64,000 bases of DNA. Origin: an uncultured bacterium (GTDB lineage: Bacteria; Bacillota; CAZWXO01). A program made the position numbers and the translations under genes. The stretch lies in NCBI GenBank assembly GCA_964637885.1, contig CAZWXO010000003.1, positions 5 through 64,004 of the forward strand. The letters are read 5' to 3'. Shown piece by piece: positions 1-9,842 of this stretch. Every line of letters starts with the position of its first letter. Position 1 is the stretch's first letter. The notes beneath the pieces are model-generated. The model was not told the DNA's origin. It did not search any database and saw nothing but the letters and a program-made list of their open reading frames with translations.

Positions 1-4
1 GACA

Positions 5-832
5 GTGCGCTTTATGACGGTGCGCAGTGATAAAGAGCTGCACCGGGCGGTATTGTCGGGCGGGATTTTTATCCTCTTTATGACGGGAGTCGCTTTTGTT
101 GTCGGGGCGTTGGCTAATGCCCTTTTTTATGAGTCGACGGGTAAAATTGCGATTGTGGCGTCGGAAGGAATTACGGACAAGATTATTCCGATGTTCATTA
201 AGGCGTATATGCCGCCTTGGTTCGGTGCCATTTTTCTGATTTCGATGCTGGCGGCGGCGATGAGCACTCTAAGCTCGATGTTTCATACGATGGGTTCGGC
301 TGCCGGCAGAGATTTGTACGAGGAAGTGCTGAACAGAAGGGGAAATTCGGTTTTTATTACCCGCAGCGGGGTGCTAGTCGTAATTCTTATGAGTTCGACG
401 ATTGCCTGGATGACGTCGTTGCCCCAGTTTGTCGATGTCGGCGATGCGATTATCGCCAAAGGGACAGCGCTGTTTTTTGCGCTGACGGCGGCGGCCTTTT
501 TGCCGGCTTTTGTCGGGGCGTTATTCATGCCCAAGATGCCGAAAGCTGCAGCCCTTTGGGGGATGGTGGCCGGATTTTCTGTTAGTTTTTTCTGGAATTT
601 TTTCGTCCACGCCAATGCTGCCAGCTTGCAGCTAAGCATGCTGCTGACTGGCAAAATTTCGTTGGTGGAAGGGACAGCTTTCTCTAAGTGGATGGTGGTT
701 GATTCGCTTTTTATCGCCTTGCCAACTTCGATTCTTGTCACTGCCATTGTGTGGGGGTTGATGAGGTCGAGGGGTGCTTTTGATGTGGATCCGGCTCATG
801 TGGCTAGATGCTTTGAGGGGATCAAGCGATGA
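5..832 (+). CDS. Sodium:solute symporter (SSS) family transporter, C-terminal fragment. The gene begins upstream of the window.
   Basis: The ORF is open at the window edge. It encodes multiple hydrophobic TM segments with SSS-like motifs and a C-terminal cytoplasmic tail. There is no start codon context at position 5. Confidence 0.55.
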   Translation: MRFMTVRSDKELHRAVLSGGIFILFMTGVAFVVGALANALFYESTGKIAIVASEGITDKIIPMFIKAYMPPWFGAIFLISMLAAAMSTLSSMFHTMGSAAGRDLYEEVLNRRGNSVFITRSGVLVVILMSSTIAWMTSLPQFVDVGDAIIAKGTALFFALTAAAFLPAFVGALFMPKMPKAAALWGMVAGFSVSFFWNFFVHANAASLQLSMLLTGKISLVEGTAFSKWMVVDSLFIALPTSILVTAIVWGLMRSRGAFDVDPAHVARCFEGIKR

Positions 833-985
833 CGTGCCTCTGGTGATTCTTTGATTCTGGCTTCAGGAAACATTAAGCTTAAACAGGAATCTCTTTTTCG
901 GCTCGATGTAGGGCCGGGGAAGGGATTCTTTGCATTGCGGCAGATTAAGAGGAGTGGCGCGGACAATTGTGAGGCGCTGTCAAAA

Positions 986-1591
986 TTATGGGCACAAGGA
1001 TTTAATAAGCAGGGCGCCGACTAAGGATGGCAGGGTCTCCATGGCGTTGTGGGTGGTGTTGAGGCTGTGGTTGCCCCATTGCCCGCCAAGGATTTCTTGG
1101 GAGAGGTTCTTCTGGGATATTTTTGTCACAGGGAGGAAAATGCTTTGGGTGCATTGGATAAAATCTTTGCGCAGATGTGAGATCTCGAGCGGGTTGAAGT
1201 GGAGTTTCTCAAGGTAAGGTGCCAGCGCCTCAAGGTCTGTGAATGTCAGGGGATCGACTCCAGCTTCGGCAAAGATGTCGAACAGAGACTGTCCAGGCAA
1301 GGGGACTGCCGCATCGATATAAACGATGTTATTGATTCGCGTGGGACAAAGTGCTGCAGCACCCGTAATTACCAAGCCTTCGTAGCCATGGCCGATGAGG
1401 GTGATTTTCTCATTTTCGAGGGCCAGAATTGCATCAAAAACACAATCGATGTGTTCGGATAAATCACTGGTGTGCTCATCGGGAAGGTCTACCACATAGC
1501 ATAAGTGCTCACTGTGTTCGATATTTTGGCAGACTTTATCCCAGGCGCTACCATCGCAGTTGCCGCCGCGTACTAGAACAAAAGTCGCCAT
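986..1591 (-). CDS. Alpha/beta-hydrolase fold protein of the methylesterase/SABP2-like family. The nucleophile motif reads GHGYEG instead of GHSxG.
   Basis: The N-terminal FVLVRGG...DL and the EKITLIGHGYEGLVITGA block align with the VILVGHSLGG core of plant-type methylesterases. An RBS AAGGTGAGG lies upstream of the ATG at 1591. Confidence 0.6.
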   Translation of the reverse strand: MATFVLVRGGNCDGSAWDKVCQNIEHSEHLCYVVDLPDEHTSDLSEHIDCVFDAILALENEKITLIGHGYEGLVITGAAALCPTRINNIVYIDAAVPLPGQSLFDIFAEAGVDPLTFTDLEALAPYLEKLHFNPLEISHLRKDFIQCTQSIFLPVTKISQKNLSQEILGGQWGNHSLNTTHNAMETLPSLVGALLIKSLCP

Positions 1592-1679
1592 TGCCTCACC
1601 TTCTAACGCTGAAATTGCAAATAGGTAATCTTTCCTAATGGAATTATGCCACGTTAGAGGTCAGCGACGCAAGAAAATT

Positions 1680-3443
1680 TTACATGCCTGCTCTTTCTTT
1701 GACTTGCTGGACTAGCTCGGGATGCCTGTCGAGGATTTTTTTGGCGGCTTCGTCAGGGCTGGCACCACTCTTTAATAGCAGCATCATGGCGTTGGCAACC
1801 GACGTCGGCCAACTGAAAGCAGTCATGATTTTGACTAAGGTAGGGTGATCCTGTACTAGGCTGGTCCGAGCAACAGTGCGGACTCGTCTGTAGGCATTAA
1901 AGGCGCCTTTGGGGTCATCGAGAAACCGTAAATTCCATTCTTCCATCATCCAATGAGGTTCCCAGCCGATGGCGATGACCGGTTGTTGCCGAGAAATAGC
2001 ATTGCCGAGTGTTTGAAGCATGGCCTGGGTGTCGCTCTTGGTGATGGTCATGTCGATGTTGTACTTTGCAATTGCTTGCTCGGACCACATCCGCATTTTT
2101 TCGTATTCGATGCCAACGATTTGTTTGTTGAATTCGTTTTCTCTGCTCTTTAGGTCGCTGATGCTGCGGATCGAGAGGTAGGGGGGGATGACAAAACCCA
2201 TCCTGGCTTCGGTGTGATCGGCAAGAGCGACGAGTTTGTCCGGGTATTTCGCTAGCATGTCTTCGCTGAGCCCTTCAAAATAAGAAAAGGCGGCGTCGAG
2301 GTGGCCTTCAGCAATGGCATCGAATATTTCATCATCGGCCAAGGCTTCGACTTCGACGGGTTCGATCTGCTGCCCCGTAATCTGCAGATAGATGTGCTTG
2401 AAGATAAAGGTAGTGGCAATTTCTGAATCCCATGGGGGGTAAGCGATACGGATAACGCGCTGGTCGCTGATGGCTTGATAGAGTTTGTTGACGACTTTTT
2501 CAAGTCCGCCTGCTGCGTCGCTTAGCTCTTGCGCGGTGCCGGTCTGGTCTGCAGTGGTGGCACTGACTTCTTGGCTGGCAGCGGCAGCCTGGGCGGTGAT
2601 GGTGGCGACTTCAACAAGATCTTCTCGAACTTGGCTGACGCTCTTTCCTAAATCAGCTGCAGTGAGGCGAATCGATGATACGGCTGTGGCAGATTCTTCT
2701 GCTTGGTCAGTTATCTTTCCGAAAAGTTCAAAAAGTTCCCCGAGGGCTTTTTGTTGCTCGCTGGTGGCCTCCGCAGAAGCATCGGCAGAGAGGTTGGCTT
2801 TTTCCGTTTCCCGGAGGACTTCGGAAATTAATTCTTCGATGCGTTTGGAGGAGTGCATGGTGCTTTCAGCTAACTTGCGAATCTCGTCAGCGACAACGGC
2901 GAAACCACGACCTTGCTCTCCGGCACGGGCGGCTTCGATGGCAGCGTTAAGCGCGAGTAGATTAGTTTGACCGGCAATATTCCGAATTGTGTCAACGATG
3001 CTGCGGATTTCGCTGGATTTGCCGGCGAGAGTTTCCATACCTCCCCGCATTTGTGCCACGGCTGAGTCGGTGGTTTCCATCTGCAGTCGCTGGGACTGGA
3101 CGGTGGCTTCACCCGCTTTAATCATGCTCAGTACTTGGTTGGTTATTTTTTCTGTGGTATCGATGCTTGTGTCTAGTTCGGCGAGCCTCTCGCTGGCGTG
3201 GCCGATGTTTTGTCTGGAATTCTCGGCGTGGCGGGCAATTTCAGTACTTCCCGCGGCTATTTGTTGCATAGCTGCCGCGATTTGGGTGACAGCGCTGCTG
3301 ACACTTTGAGCAGAAAATTCGAAATGGCGGACTAGGGATATGATTGTTGTGGCAAGTCCGGCTACTTTGTTGCGGATCGTGGTATCCTGCGACTCATTTT
3401 TTAAAATAACTGGGTCAGGTCGGGGATTGCGGAAGAATTTCAT
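1680..3443 (-). CDS. Soluble methyl-accepting chemotaxis protein. The MCP signalling domain is N-terminal and an OpuAC-like glycine-betaine/quaternary-amine binding domain is C-terminal.
   Basis: The highly conserved MCP signalling hairpin is present ([38 protein letters not shown]). The C-terminal ~280 aa carry the OpuAC WEPHW motif ([12 protein letters not shown]). No TM helix is evident. The likely start is the ATG at 3441-3443 (MKFFRNPRP) preceded by GAGGAG, rather than the longest ORF. Confidence 0.8.
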   Translation of the reverse strand: MKFFRNPRPDPVILKNESQDTTIRNKVAGLATTIISLVRHFEFSAQSVSSAVTQIAAAMQQIAAGSTEIARHAENSRQNIGHASERLAELDTSIDTTEKITNQVLSMIKAGEATVQSQRLQMETTDSAVAQMRGGMETLAGKSSEIRSIVDTIRNIAGQTNLLALNAAIEAARAGEQGRGFAVVADEIRKLAESTMHSSKRIEELISEVLRETEKANLSADASAEATSEQQKALGELFELFGKITDQAEESATAVSSIRLTAADLGKSVSQVREDLVEVATITAQAAAASQEVSATTADQTGTAQELSDAAGGLEKVVNKLYQAISDQRVIRIAYPPWDSEIATTFIFKHIYLQITGQQIEPVEVEALADDEIFDAIAEGHLDAAFSYFEGLSEDMLAKYPDKLVALADHTEARMGFVIPPYLSIRSISDLKSRENEFNKQIVGIEYEKMRMWSEQAIAKYNIDMTITKSDTQAMLQTLGNAISRQQPVIAIGWEPHWMMEEWNLRFLDDPKGAFNAYRRVRTVARTSLVQDHPTLVKIMTAFSWPTSVANAMMLLLKSGASPDEAAKKILDRHPELVQQVKERAGM

Positions 3444-3632
3444 AATTAATCTCCTCATTTTAAACAAATGGTAGCATTCGGTACGCATAGTATACAATTA
3501 TTCGATACAATCTTTCAACTGATAGAGAATCGCTTTTTTCGAATAAAGATTTGTTAATAATCTGTTGCTTGGATTTATTTGTGCAAAGTCCAAGCTTCTG
3601 CTATGCTTAAACGGTGATAAAGCTATGAGGAG

Positions 3633-5411
3633 TTGGATGAGCTGATGCCAGAAAAATTGCCGGAAAAATGGGACCTTACGCATTTATTTGTTTCGCCGGA
3701 GGTGTGGCAAAAAGAGTTTGACGATTTGCAAGCACTGGTTCATAAAATGGAAGCGTGGCAGGGCCGAAAATTTGAAACTGGTGGGATTTTTTTCGCATAT
3801 CTGGAGGAGAGCGAAGCTGCCGAGCTGCGCATGGAGATTTTGTACCAATATGCCCAGTTGCTTCATACTCTGGATACCGCCGATGCGACAGCGCTGGAGA
3901 TGGTGTCCAAGGTAGAGTGGTTATTTAGCTTATATAGTCAGATTACGTCCTTCTTTTTCCCGGTTTTTAAAGAGATTGCAGTTGAAACCTTGGAGCAATG
4001 GTTAGCCGAGTCAGAGGATAAAAGCTATTACCGAAGAATGATCGAAGTGATGAATCGAAGACGTCCGTATATCTTGACGGATAAGGAGGAGCGTCTCCTG
4101 GCTCAGTCTGGTGAAGCCTTGTCGGCTGTCTCATCGACGTATAATTTATTGGTCAACGCTGACATGACTTTTAAGTCGGTGACAGACGCTAAGGGCAAGC
4201 GCTATCGGGTTGATGAGGCAGTCTTTACTCTACTGGCACGGTCGAAGGACCGGGAGTTGCGCAAAAAGGCCTTTGCTTCTTTGACTGGCAGTTATTATGC
4301 CAATCGCAACACCTTTGCCCAGTTACTGACGGGAAATGCGAAAACAGACGAGTTTGTCGCCAAGGCCAGGGGCTACGAGTCAACCATTGAAGCCAAGCTG
4401 TATCAGGACGAATTGACGACGGGTTTTTATACTGATTTGCTTGAATCAGTTGAAAAACTGCTACCGCTTTCGCGGCAATATGTCGGGATGAAACGGGACG
4501 TCTTAGGGTTGGATAGTATTGCCGCTTATGATCTGTACGCTCCGATGGTAGAAGATGTTGACAAGGAAACACTTTCTTACACTGCTGCAGTGGATCTGAT
4601 TTGCCAGGCTTTGGCACCTCTCGGAGAAGACTATGTCACAGCGATGCGGGCAGGAGTAGGGCAGGGCTGGGTCGATGTTCACCCAGGCAAGAATAAGCAA
4701 AAGGGAGCTTTTATGAGCAATGTCTGGAGCAAGCATCCCTTTGTTTTGTTAAATCATACGGACAGTTTTCAGGACGTGCTGACATTAGCCCATGAGATGG
4801 GGCACGCGATGCATTCGCACTATACTAATGATGCTCAGCTGTACACATATTCCGGGCATTCGATAATTACGGCTGAGGTAGCATCGATTACCAATGAGTT
4901 GGTTGTTTTGCGTTTTCTGATTAACAAGGCCGAGAGCAAGGTTAAAAAGCAGCGCCTGATTAATCAATTGCTGGAGGGATTTCGGACAACTGTTTTTCGT
5001 CAATCACTGTTCGCCGAGTTTGAAAAGGACACCCATGCCAAGGCGGCAGACGGGGGTACATTGACATCGGATTGGTTGATGGAAGAATGGCGGATGTTGT
5101 ATAGTAAGTATTATGGAAATGATTTGGTCTTGCCCCAGGAGTTTTTGGCGGAATGGGCTAGGATTCCGCATTTCTATAGTAGTTTTTATGTCTACAAGTA
5201 TGTTTTAGGATTTTTAGCGGCATCTTTTCTTTCTGAAAAAATAGTGCAAGGCGATGTTGAGACGATCAAGAGGTATCGCAATTTTTTATCTGCCGGTAAT
5301 AGCGCTGCGCCTTTGCAGTTGCTTCAGGATGTCGGGGTGGATTTAAAGAATCCGGCGGTAGCAAAGGCTGCCGGGCGGGGATTTGAGTTGGCTTTGCAAG
5401 ACATGTTTTAA
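3633..5411 (+). CDS. pepF: Oligoendopeptidase F, M3B family.
   Basis: The 592-aa protein carries the HEMGH zinc-binding motif (LAHEMGHAMHS) and the typical PepF length and layout. Confidence 0.85.
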   Translation: MDELMPEKLPEKWDLTHLFVSPEVWQKEFDDLQALVHKMEAWQGRKFETGGIFFAYLEESEAAELRMEILYQYAQLLHTLDTADATALEMVSKVEWLFSLYSQITSFFFPVFKEIAVETLEQWLAESEDKSYYRRMIEVMNRRRPYILTDKEERLLAQSGEALSAVSSTYNLLVNADMTFKSVTDAKGKRYRVDEAVFTLLARSKDRELRKKAFASLTGSYYANRNTFAQLLTGNAKTDEFVAKARGYESTIEAKLYQDELTTGFYTDLLESVEKLLPLSRQYVGMKRDVLGLDSIAAYDLYAPMVEDVDKETLSYTAAVDLICQALAPLGEDYVTAMRAGVGQGWVDVHPGKNKQKGAFMSNVWSKHPFVLLNHTDSFQDVLTLAHEMGHAMHSHYTNDAQLYTYSGHSIITAEVASITNELVVLRFLINKAESKVKKQRLINQLLEGFRTTVFRQSLFAEFEKDTHAKAADGGTLTSDWLMEEWRMLYSKYYGNDLVLPQEFLAEWARIPHFYSSFYVYKYVLGFLAASFLSEKIVQGDVETIKRYRNFLSAGNSAAPLQLLQDVGVDLKNPAVAKAAGRGFELALQDMF

Positions 5412-5430
5412 GATTGGGAGGTAAAGACGG

Positions 5431-5733
5431 ATGGAAATTAAAATCAGTGACGCTGCTGCCGAGCGGATTGCACTCAAGGGAAATTCAGTTACTTTGGTGA
5501 TGCTGGCAAAAATGTGTTGAGGGGGCGGTACGTCTTATATTCGGTCCGTGCGACCGGGTGCGCCTTTTCGAAATAAAGAAAGTTATCAGCTTCAGGATGT
5601 AAGCGGTGTCAGCGTATATATTGCGGAGGATTTTAAATGGCCGGATGATGGGGTAATTACCATCAAACTGGCGAATTATTTAATCTTTAAGCTGCTCTAT
5701 GTTTCACCTGAGGCCGTAGGAGTGTACCGTTAG
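5431..5733 (+). CDS. HesB/IscA-like small protein with an in-frame UGA at 5518-5520. It is a candidate selenoprotein of the HesB-like selenoprotein type.
   Basis: ATG 5431 is preceded by GGGAGGTAAAG. MEIKISDAAAERIALKG...LVMLAKMC-[TGA]-GGGTSY aligns across the UGA with IscA MSITLSDSAAARV...GVRTSGCSGMAY, with Sec at the position of the conserved Cys. The frame stays open for 71 more codons to TAG 5731-5733. The track's ORF 5548..5733 is the post-UGA portion of this gene. Confidence 0.5.
5538..5560 (+). promoter_or_regulatory. Candidate bacterial SECIS-like hairpin 17 nt downstream of the in-frame UGA.
   Basis: UAUUCGGUC-CGUGC-GACCGGGUG forms a 9-bp stem including G.U pairs, with a 5-nt loop containing GU. 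Position and size fit a bSECIS. The fold was not verified computationally. Confidence 0.3.
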
Positions 5734-6342
5734 TTGATGCAAGCTGAGGAGATTTTTGGACCGATAGCAGCAATGCGCAGTCATCTTCTCGAAGCGGTGC
5801 AAGCGTCTGGCTTTCACCACGGAGGTTTTGTCTGGGGTGAAGGTCCGCTTTCGTCGCGGATTGTTTTTGTCGGTGAGGCTCCCGGAGCTAACGAGGTTAT
5901 GTCTGGAAGGCCTTTTGTCGGGCAGGCAGGGCGCAATTTGGATGACTTTTTTGGCCTGGCGGGTTTGCGCCGAGAAGATATCTACCTGACTAACGCTGTT
6001 AAGTTTCGCCCGGTGAAATTGGGCAAGCGAGGGCTGGTCAATCGCTCGCCGTCAGTGCCGGAGATGCGTCTTTGCGCTGGATTTTTAATGGAAGAAATAA
6101 AGCGGATCGGGCCGATGCTCGTTGTAACTCTGGGTAATGTCCCTCTCAAGGTATTGGCAGGAGGGGGCGTGACAATCGGCCATGTACATGGGACAACGAT
6201 ACCACTAAATGATGGGTTGGGGTCGGGGATTTTGTTTCCTCTATATCATCCGGCGAGCATCATTTACAATAAGCTTTTGGTGCAAATTTATCAGGCGGAT
6301 TTAGCCAAGCTGGCGTCATTAGTAAAAAGTCAGCTGGGCTAA
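5734..6342 (+). CDS. Uracil-DNA glycosylase superfamily protein, family-4/SPO1-polymerase-N-domain-like.
   Basis: The GEGPxxSRIVFVGEAPGANE ... FVGQAGRNLD motif block is present. It lacks the Cys cluster of canonical family-4 UDGs. The start is TTG 5734 or ATG 5737, overlapping the upstream stop. Confidence 0.65.
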   Translation: MMQAEEIFGPIAAMRSHLLEAVQASGFHHGGFVWGEGPLSSRIVFVGEAPGANEVMSGRPFVGQAGRNLDDFFGLAGLRREDIYLTNAVKFRPVKLGKRGLVNRSPSVPEMRLCAGFLMEEIKRIGPMLVVTLGNVPLKVLAGGGVTIGHVHGTTIPLNDGLGSGILFPLYHPASIIYNKLLVQIYQADLAKLASLVKSQLG

Positions 6343-6445
6343 TTTGGGTGATAAAAGTAGATTAGCTGGGTTTTTCGTGAATTGCCAAGGTTTGCGTTTA
6401 AATATCGAGGATATAAGTGGTAAAATTATTTCGAACAATCGGGAG

Positions 6446-7492
6446 ATGAGTTTGCAGATGAATTCGGCTTTACCTTCGGGAAAACTACCCGGGAAGGTGC
6501 TTCAAGAGGAAATATTGCAAAAAGTCCGAATGGCCAGTCGTCCGGAGCTGATTGTCGGGCCGGGTCTGGGTCTGGACTGTGCGGTCCTGAAGTGCGGCAG
6601 CGGGTATTGCGTTGCTTCGATGGATCCGATCACCGGGGCGACTGCGCAGGCAGGAACCTTGGCGATTCAGGTGACGGCCAATGATGTCGCCGCCTGCGGT
6701 GTGGAACCGATGGCTATTTTTATGACTATTTTGGTGCCACCTGGAACTACGACCAATCAAATCAGTGAGATAGCCCAGCAGGCGGCGACGGAAGCCCAGC
6801 GCCTGAATTTGGCTATTGCCGGAGGGCATACCGAGGTCACCAGTGCGGTGACTCGTCCTGTTGTTGTGACTACGGGAATCGGTTATACCGAAGAGATTAT
6901 GCCCGGGAGCGCTGCGGTGCGGCCTGGTGATTGTTTGTGCATGACGAAAGCGATCGCTATGGAGGGAACGGCCATCCTGGCTGCTGATTTTGCGCCAAAG
7001 TTGCGGGAATTGGGCATAAGTGAAGCGGTGATTAAGTCTGGGCAGGCTTTGGGCGAACACTTAAGCGTTGTCCGAGAAGGAATATTGGCCCGTAAATTCG
7101 GTGCGATCGCGATGCATGATGCGACTGAGGGAGGGCTTTGGGGTGCTGTCGAGGAAATGTGTGCTGCTGGTGGTTGCGGTGTACGCGTCTGGCAGGAGCG
7201 GGTGCCGCTACGCCTGGAGAGCAGTGTTATTTGCGAGGCACTAGGAGTGGATCCGTATAGTTTGCTTTCCTCGGGGTCGATGTTGGTGGTTGTCCGCCAG
7301 GATGTCGAAGGCTTTCTGGGGCAGATGCGCGAGGCGGAGATTGAGACGACGCACATTGGGGAGTTTCTCCAAGGGGAGAGCCGGGTTATAATAAAAAATG
7401 GCGAGGAATTTCCCTTAACGGGGCCGCCTCGAGATGAGATATATCGAATCCTAGAAATACTTGCAAATGAGGAGGCTGTCGAAAATGCTTGA
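6446..7492 (+). CDS. AIR-synthase-related (PurM/HypE/ThiL-like superfamily) protein.
   Basis: PurM-like N- and C-domains are present (DCAVL...[15 protein letters not shown]). There is no HypE C-terminal PRIC motif and no SelD N-terminal Cys/Sec motif. The start is ATG 6446 or 6458, and the longest ORF begins at 6344. Confidence 0.65.
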   Translation: MSLQMNSALPSGKLPGKVLQEEILQKVRMASRPELIVGPGLGLDCAVLKCGSGYCVASMDPITGATAQAGTLAIQVTANDVAACGVEPMAIFMTILVPPGTTTNQISEIAQQAATEAQRLNLAIAGGHTEVTSAVTRPVVVTTGIGYTEEIMPGSAAVRPGDCLCMTKAIAMEGTAILAADFAPKLRELGISEAVIKSGQALGEHLSVVREGILARKFGAIAMHDATEGGLWGAVEEMCAAGGCGVRVWQERVPLRLESSVICEALGVDPYSLLSSGSMLVVVRQDVEGFLGQMREAEIETTHIGEFLQGESRVIIKNGEEFPLTGPPRDEIYRILEILANEEAVENA

Positions 7493-8759
7493 CATCAGGT
7501 TTGTTCGGGACAATCCGGAAAAGGTCTTGGCGGCGATGAGGTTGCGCAATGCGGAAATTAATCTGGATGATTTTTTGGCGTGGGAGTCGGACCGTCGGGA
7601 GATAATTCGCCAGGTGGAAGAGATGAAGGCGACGCGGAACCGGGAGTCGGAAGAAGTTGCCCGGATAAAAAAAGCCAAGGGTAACGCTGAGGAAATCATT
7701 CTGGAGATGCGACGCTTAGGCGAGGCTATTGCCGGGCAGGATGACAAGCTGCGAGATGTCGAAGGCAAGATGCAGAACTTTTTGATGACGCTTCCCAATC
7801 TTCCCCATGAATCTGTTCCCCACGGAATTGATGAGAGCGACAATGTCGAGCTGCGTCGCATCGGACAGGTGCCAAAGTTAAGCTTTACTCCCAAACCACA
7901 TTGGGATATTGGCGAGGCCCTGGGGATTTTTGATTTCGAGCGCGGGAGCAAGGTTTCGGGAGCGCGTTTTACTTTTTATCGTGGTCTGGGGGCTAAATTG
8001 GAGCGGGCTCTGATTAGCTTTATGTTGGACATGCATACCAAAAAACATGGCTATGTGGAGCTGATGCCTCCATACTTGGTCAACGCCACGAGCATGATGG
8101 GCACGGGGCAGCTTCCTAAGTTTGAGGATGACGCTTTTAAGTGCGAGCGAGAGGGATTGTATCTAATTCCGACGGCTGAGGTGCCGGTTACAAATTATCA
8201 CCGGGATGAGATTCTCGAAGAGGATCAGCTGACGATTAAATATTGCGCTTATAGTGCGTGTTTTCGTGCCGAGGCTGGTGCGGCGGGTCGCGATACCAGG
8301 GGCCTGATTCGGCAGCATCAGTTTAATAAAGTGGAGCTTGTTAAGTTTGCCCGCCCAGAGGATTCGTATCAAGAGCTGGAGAAATTGACGCAGGATGCGG
8401 AGAATATTCTGCAGGCTTTGGGTCTGGCTTACCGAGTTGTGGCACTATCTTCAGGCGATATGGGTTTTGCTTCGGCAAAGACCTACGATATTGAAGTGTG
8501 GCTGCCAAGTTTCGACTGTTATCGGGAGATTTCCTCTTGTTCTAATTTCGAAGATTTTCAGGCGCGCAGGGCCAATATCAGGTATCGGCGCAATGATAAC
8601 GGGAAGACAGCGTTTTTGCATACATTAAATGGCTCCGGAGTTGCAATCGGCAGAACTGTGGCTGCCATTTTGGAAAATTATCAACAGGAGGACGGTAGCG
8701 TTCTGATTCCTAAGGCATTGCAGCATTATATGGGTAATGTGGAGCGCATGACTATTTAG
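7485..8759 (+). CDS. serS: Seryl-tRNA synthetase.
   Basis: [14 protein letters not shown] is the canonical SerS N-terminus, and class II motifs are present ([21 protein letters not shown]). An RBS GAGGAGG lies 7 nt upstream. The gene overlaps the upstream gene by 8 nt, and no T-box leader is present. Confidence 0.9.
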   Translation: MLDIRFVRDNPEKVLAAMRLRNAEINLDDFLAWESDRREIIRQVEEMKATRNRESEEVARIKKAKGNAEEIILEMRRLGEAIAGQDDKLRDVEGKMQNFLMTLPNLPHESVPHGIDESDNVELRRIGQVPKLSFTPKPHWDIGEALGIFDFERGSKVSGARFTFYRGLGAKLERALISFMLDMHTKKHGYVELMPPYLVNATSMMGTGQLPKFEDDAFKCEREGLYLIPTAEVPVTNYHRDEILEEDQLTIKYCAYSACFRAEAGAAGRDTRGLIRQHQFNKVELVKFARPEDSYQELEKLTQDAENILQALGLAYRVVALSSGDMGFASAKTYDIEVWLPSFDCYREISSCSNFEDFQARRANIRYRRNDNGKTAFLHTLNGSGVAIGRTVAAILENYQQEDGSVLIPKALQHYMGNVERMTI

Positions 8760-8862
8760 TGTTAAGTCTCCGCGATGTATGGCGGGATGATAATGCAAAA
8801 TGGCGTAAAATCGGTTTTTGTGTTCGCTGGTATGATGATTCACAGAATAAGATGGAGGTGGG

Positions 8863-9396
8863 ATGATGGCTGAATATTTAGAGGTGGTTGCTGGCCTATT
8901 CATGGTTTCGAAAATGCAACCTTTCCGCATTACTCCTGGGGTGACTTTTGATTTTTTACCTTTAGGGGACTTGCCGCGCATCGATTCCATCGAGCGGGTC
9001 ATCCACAAATTTCATGCGCTTTCGCCTGGAAAGGTCGGCAAGGTAAAGCGACCGTGGTATTGCCATCATTTTCAGGACGATCATTTGGTAGTCTTGCATG
9101 GCTGCCGGCATGTGGAGTTATTCTCTAAAGAGCATGGCAAAATTGAAAAACTAACAGTTTATTCTGACTGTATCTATCGCAACAATGTCATGTTGCACAC
9201 TGGCGGGGTGATGTTGACATGGCCCCGGGGCGTCTTCCACCGCATTGTTAGCGGAGATGAGGGGTCGGCTTCGATGAATTTTGCCTCACATTACGAAGGC
9301 TATTCTGAAGCGACTAACTATGATATTTATGATGTGGATATAGAGACTGGAGAAAGCCAGATTATCCGCAAAGGTGTTGAAGATCAAGTAATTTAA
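8863..9396 (+). CDS. Hypothetical protein, possibly a cupin-fold (FdtA/WxcM-like) protein.
   Basis: The 177-aa ORF has an RBS GGAGGTGGG. The His-rich stretch WYCHHFQDDHLVVLHG..H resembles cupin metal-binding motifs. The assignment is weak. Confidence 0.35.
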   Translation: MMAEYLEVVAGLFMVSKMQPFRITPGVTFDFLPLGDLPRIDSIERVIHKFHALSPGKVGKVKRPWYCHHFQDDHLVVLHGCRHVELFSKEHGKIEKLTVYSDCIYRNNVMLHTGGVMLTWPRGVFHRIVSGDEGSASMNFASHYEGYSEATNYDIYDVDIETGESQIIRKGVEDQVI

Positions 9397-9654
9397 TTTT
9401 TTAGCAATTGACTTGACATGGGAGCTTCAAAGTAGTAGTATCGTGGCAAGGAAGATGCGTGATACCATGTGTGGGGTCTCAATCAGGCAGCTCGACAGCT
9501 ACGCATCCGGCTGTTGGTTGATATACAGACCTAGCAGTACTGGCGGAAGTCCATGGTTGGATTAGTAGTCTAAGGATCTTTCTTGGTGTTCTCTGGTTGA
9601 TCTTAGGTGGTTTTTAGAAATTTCCAGGGGTTTTTAGGTAGATTGGTTTGGATG

Positions 9655-9709
9655 TCTAAGGTAAATCTAAGGTGAATCTCAGTTAAATCTAAGGTGATTC
9701 TATTCTTGG
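9655..9709. repeat. Five tandem 11-bp iteron-like repeats (TCTAAGGTAAA / TCTAAGGTGAA / TCTCAGTTAAA / TCTAAGGTGAT / TCTATTCTTGG).
   Basis: Read directly from the sequence. The repeats are helically phased at 11 bp, with degeneracy increasing 3'. They sit inside a 517-bp noncoding island (9397-9913) that also carries scattered TAGGT/AAGGA motifs. Confidence 0.7.
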
Positions 9710-9842
9710 TAAACCCACAGGTCCTTCAAGGTTTAAATGGTGCCTCAGGTGGCCGGTTAAGCTAGGATGGTTGGTTTTCCTAATTATTTGGTGGTGGTAG
9801 ATTGGGATCTGGTCAAATTAAGTTAATGAAATGGATGCGTGA

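Noticed and set aside
283-747. 154-aa minus-strand ORF, and a 122-aa plus-strand ORF at 217-585, overlapping the transporter gene
   Set aside because: Both are embedded in or antisense to a well-supported membrane-transporter reading frame. Their composition is a mirror artefact of the transporter codons, and they have no RBS.
3444-3632. sigma-D (TAAA-N15-GCCGATAT) promoter for the MCP gene and for pepF in the divergent intergenic region
   Set aside because: I found only weak partial matches (for example AAAG...CGAATAA). They are not convincing enough to annotate.
6485-7356. Two long minus-strand ORFs (191 and 157 aa) opposite the PurM-like gene
   Set aside because: They are antisense to a homology-supported CDS. 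Their high Arg/Ser/Pro content has no motif support.
7400-7490. Expected T-box leader upstream of serS
   Set aside because: serS overlaps the upstream gene by 8 nt. There is no room for a T-box and no AGGGTGGNACCGCG motif.
9560-9790. Possible CRISPR array or tRNA/tmRNA in the repeat island
   Set aside because: The repeat unit is only 11 bp with no spacers of CRISPR size. I found no GGTTCGA T-loop or acceptor-stem features and no tmRNA 5'/3' motifs by eye.
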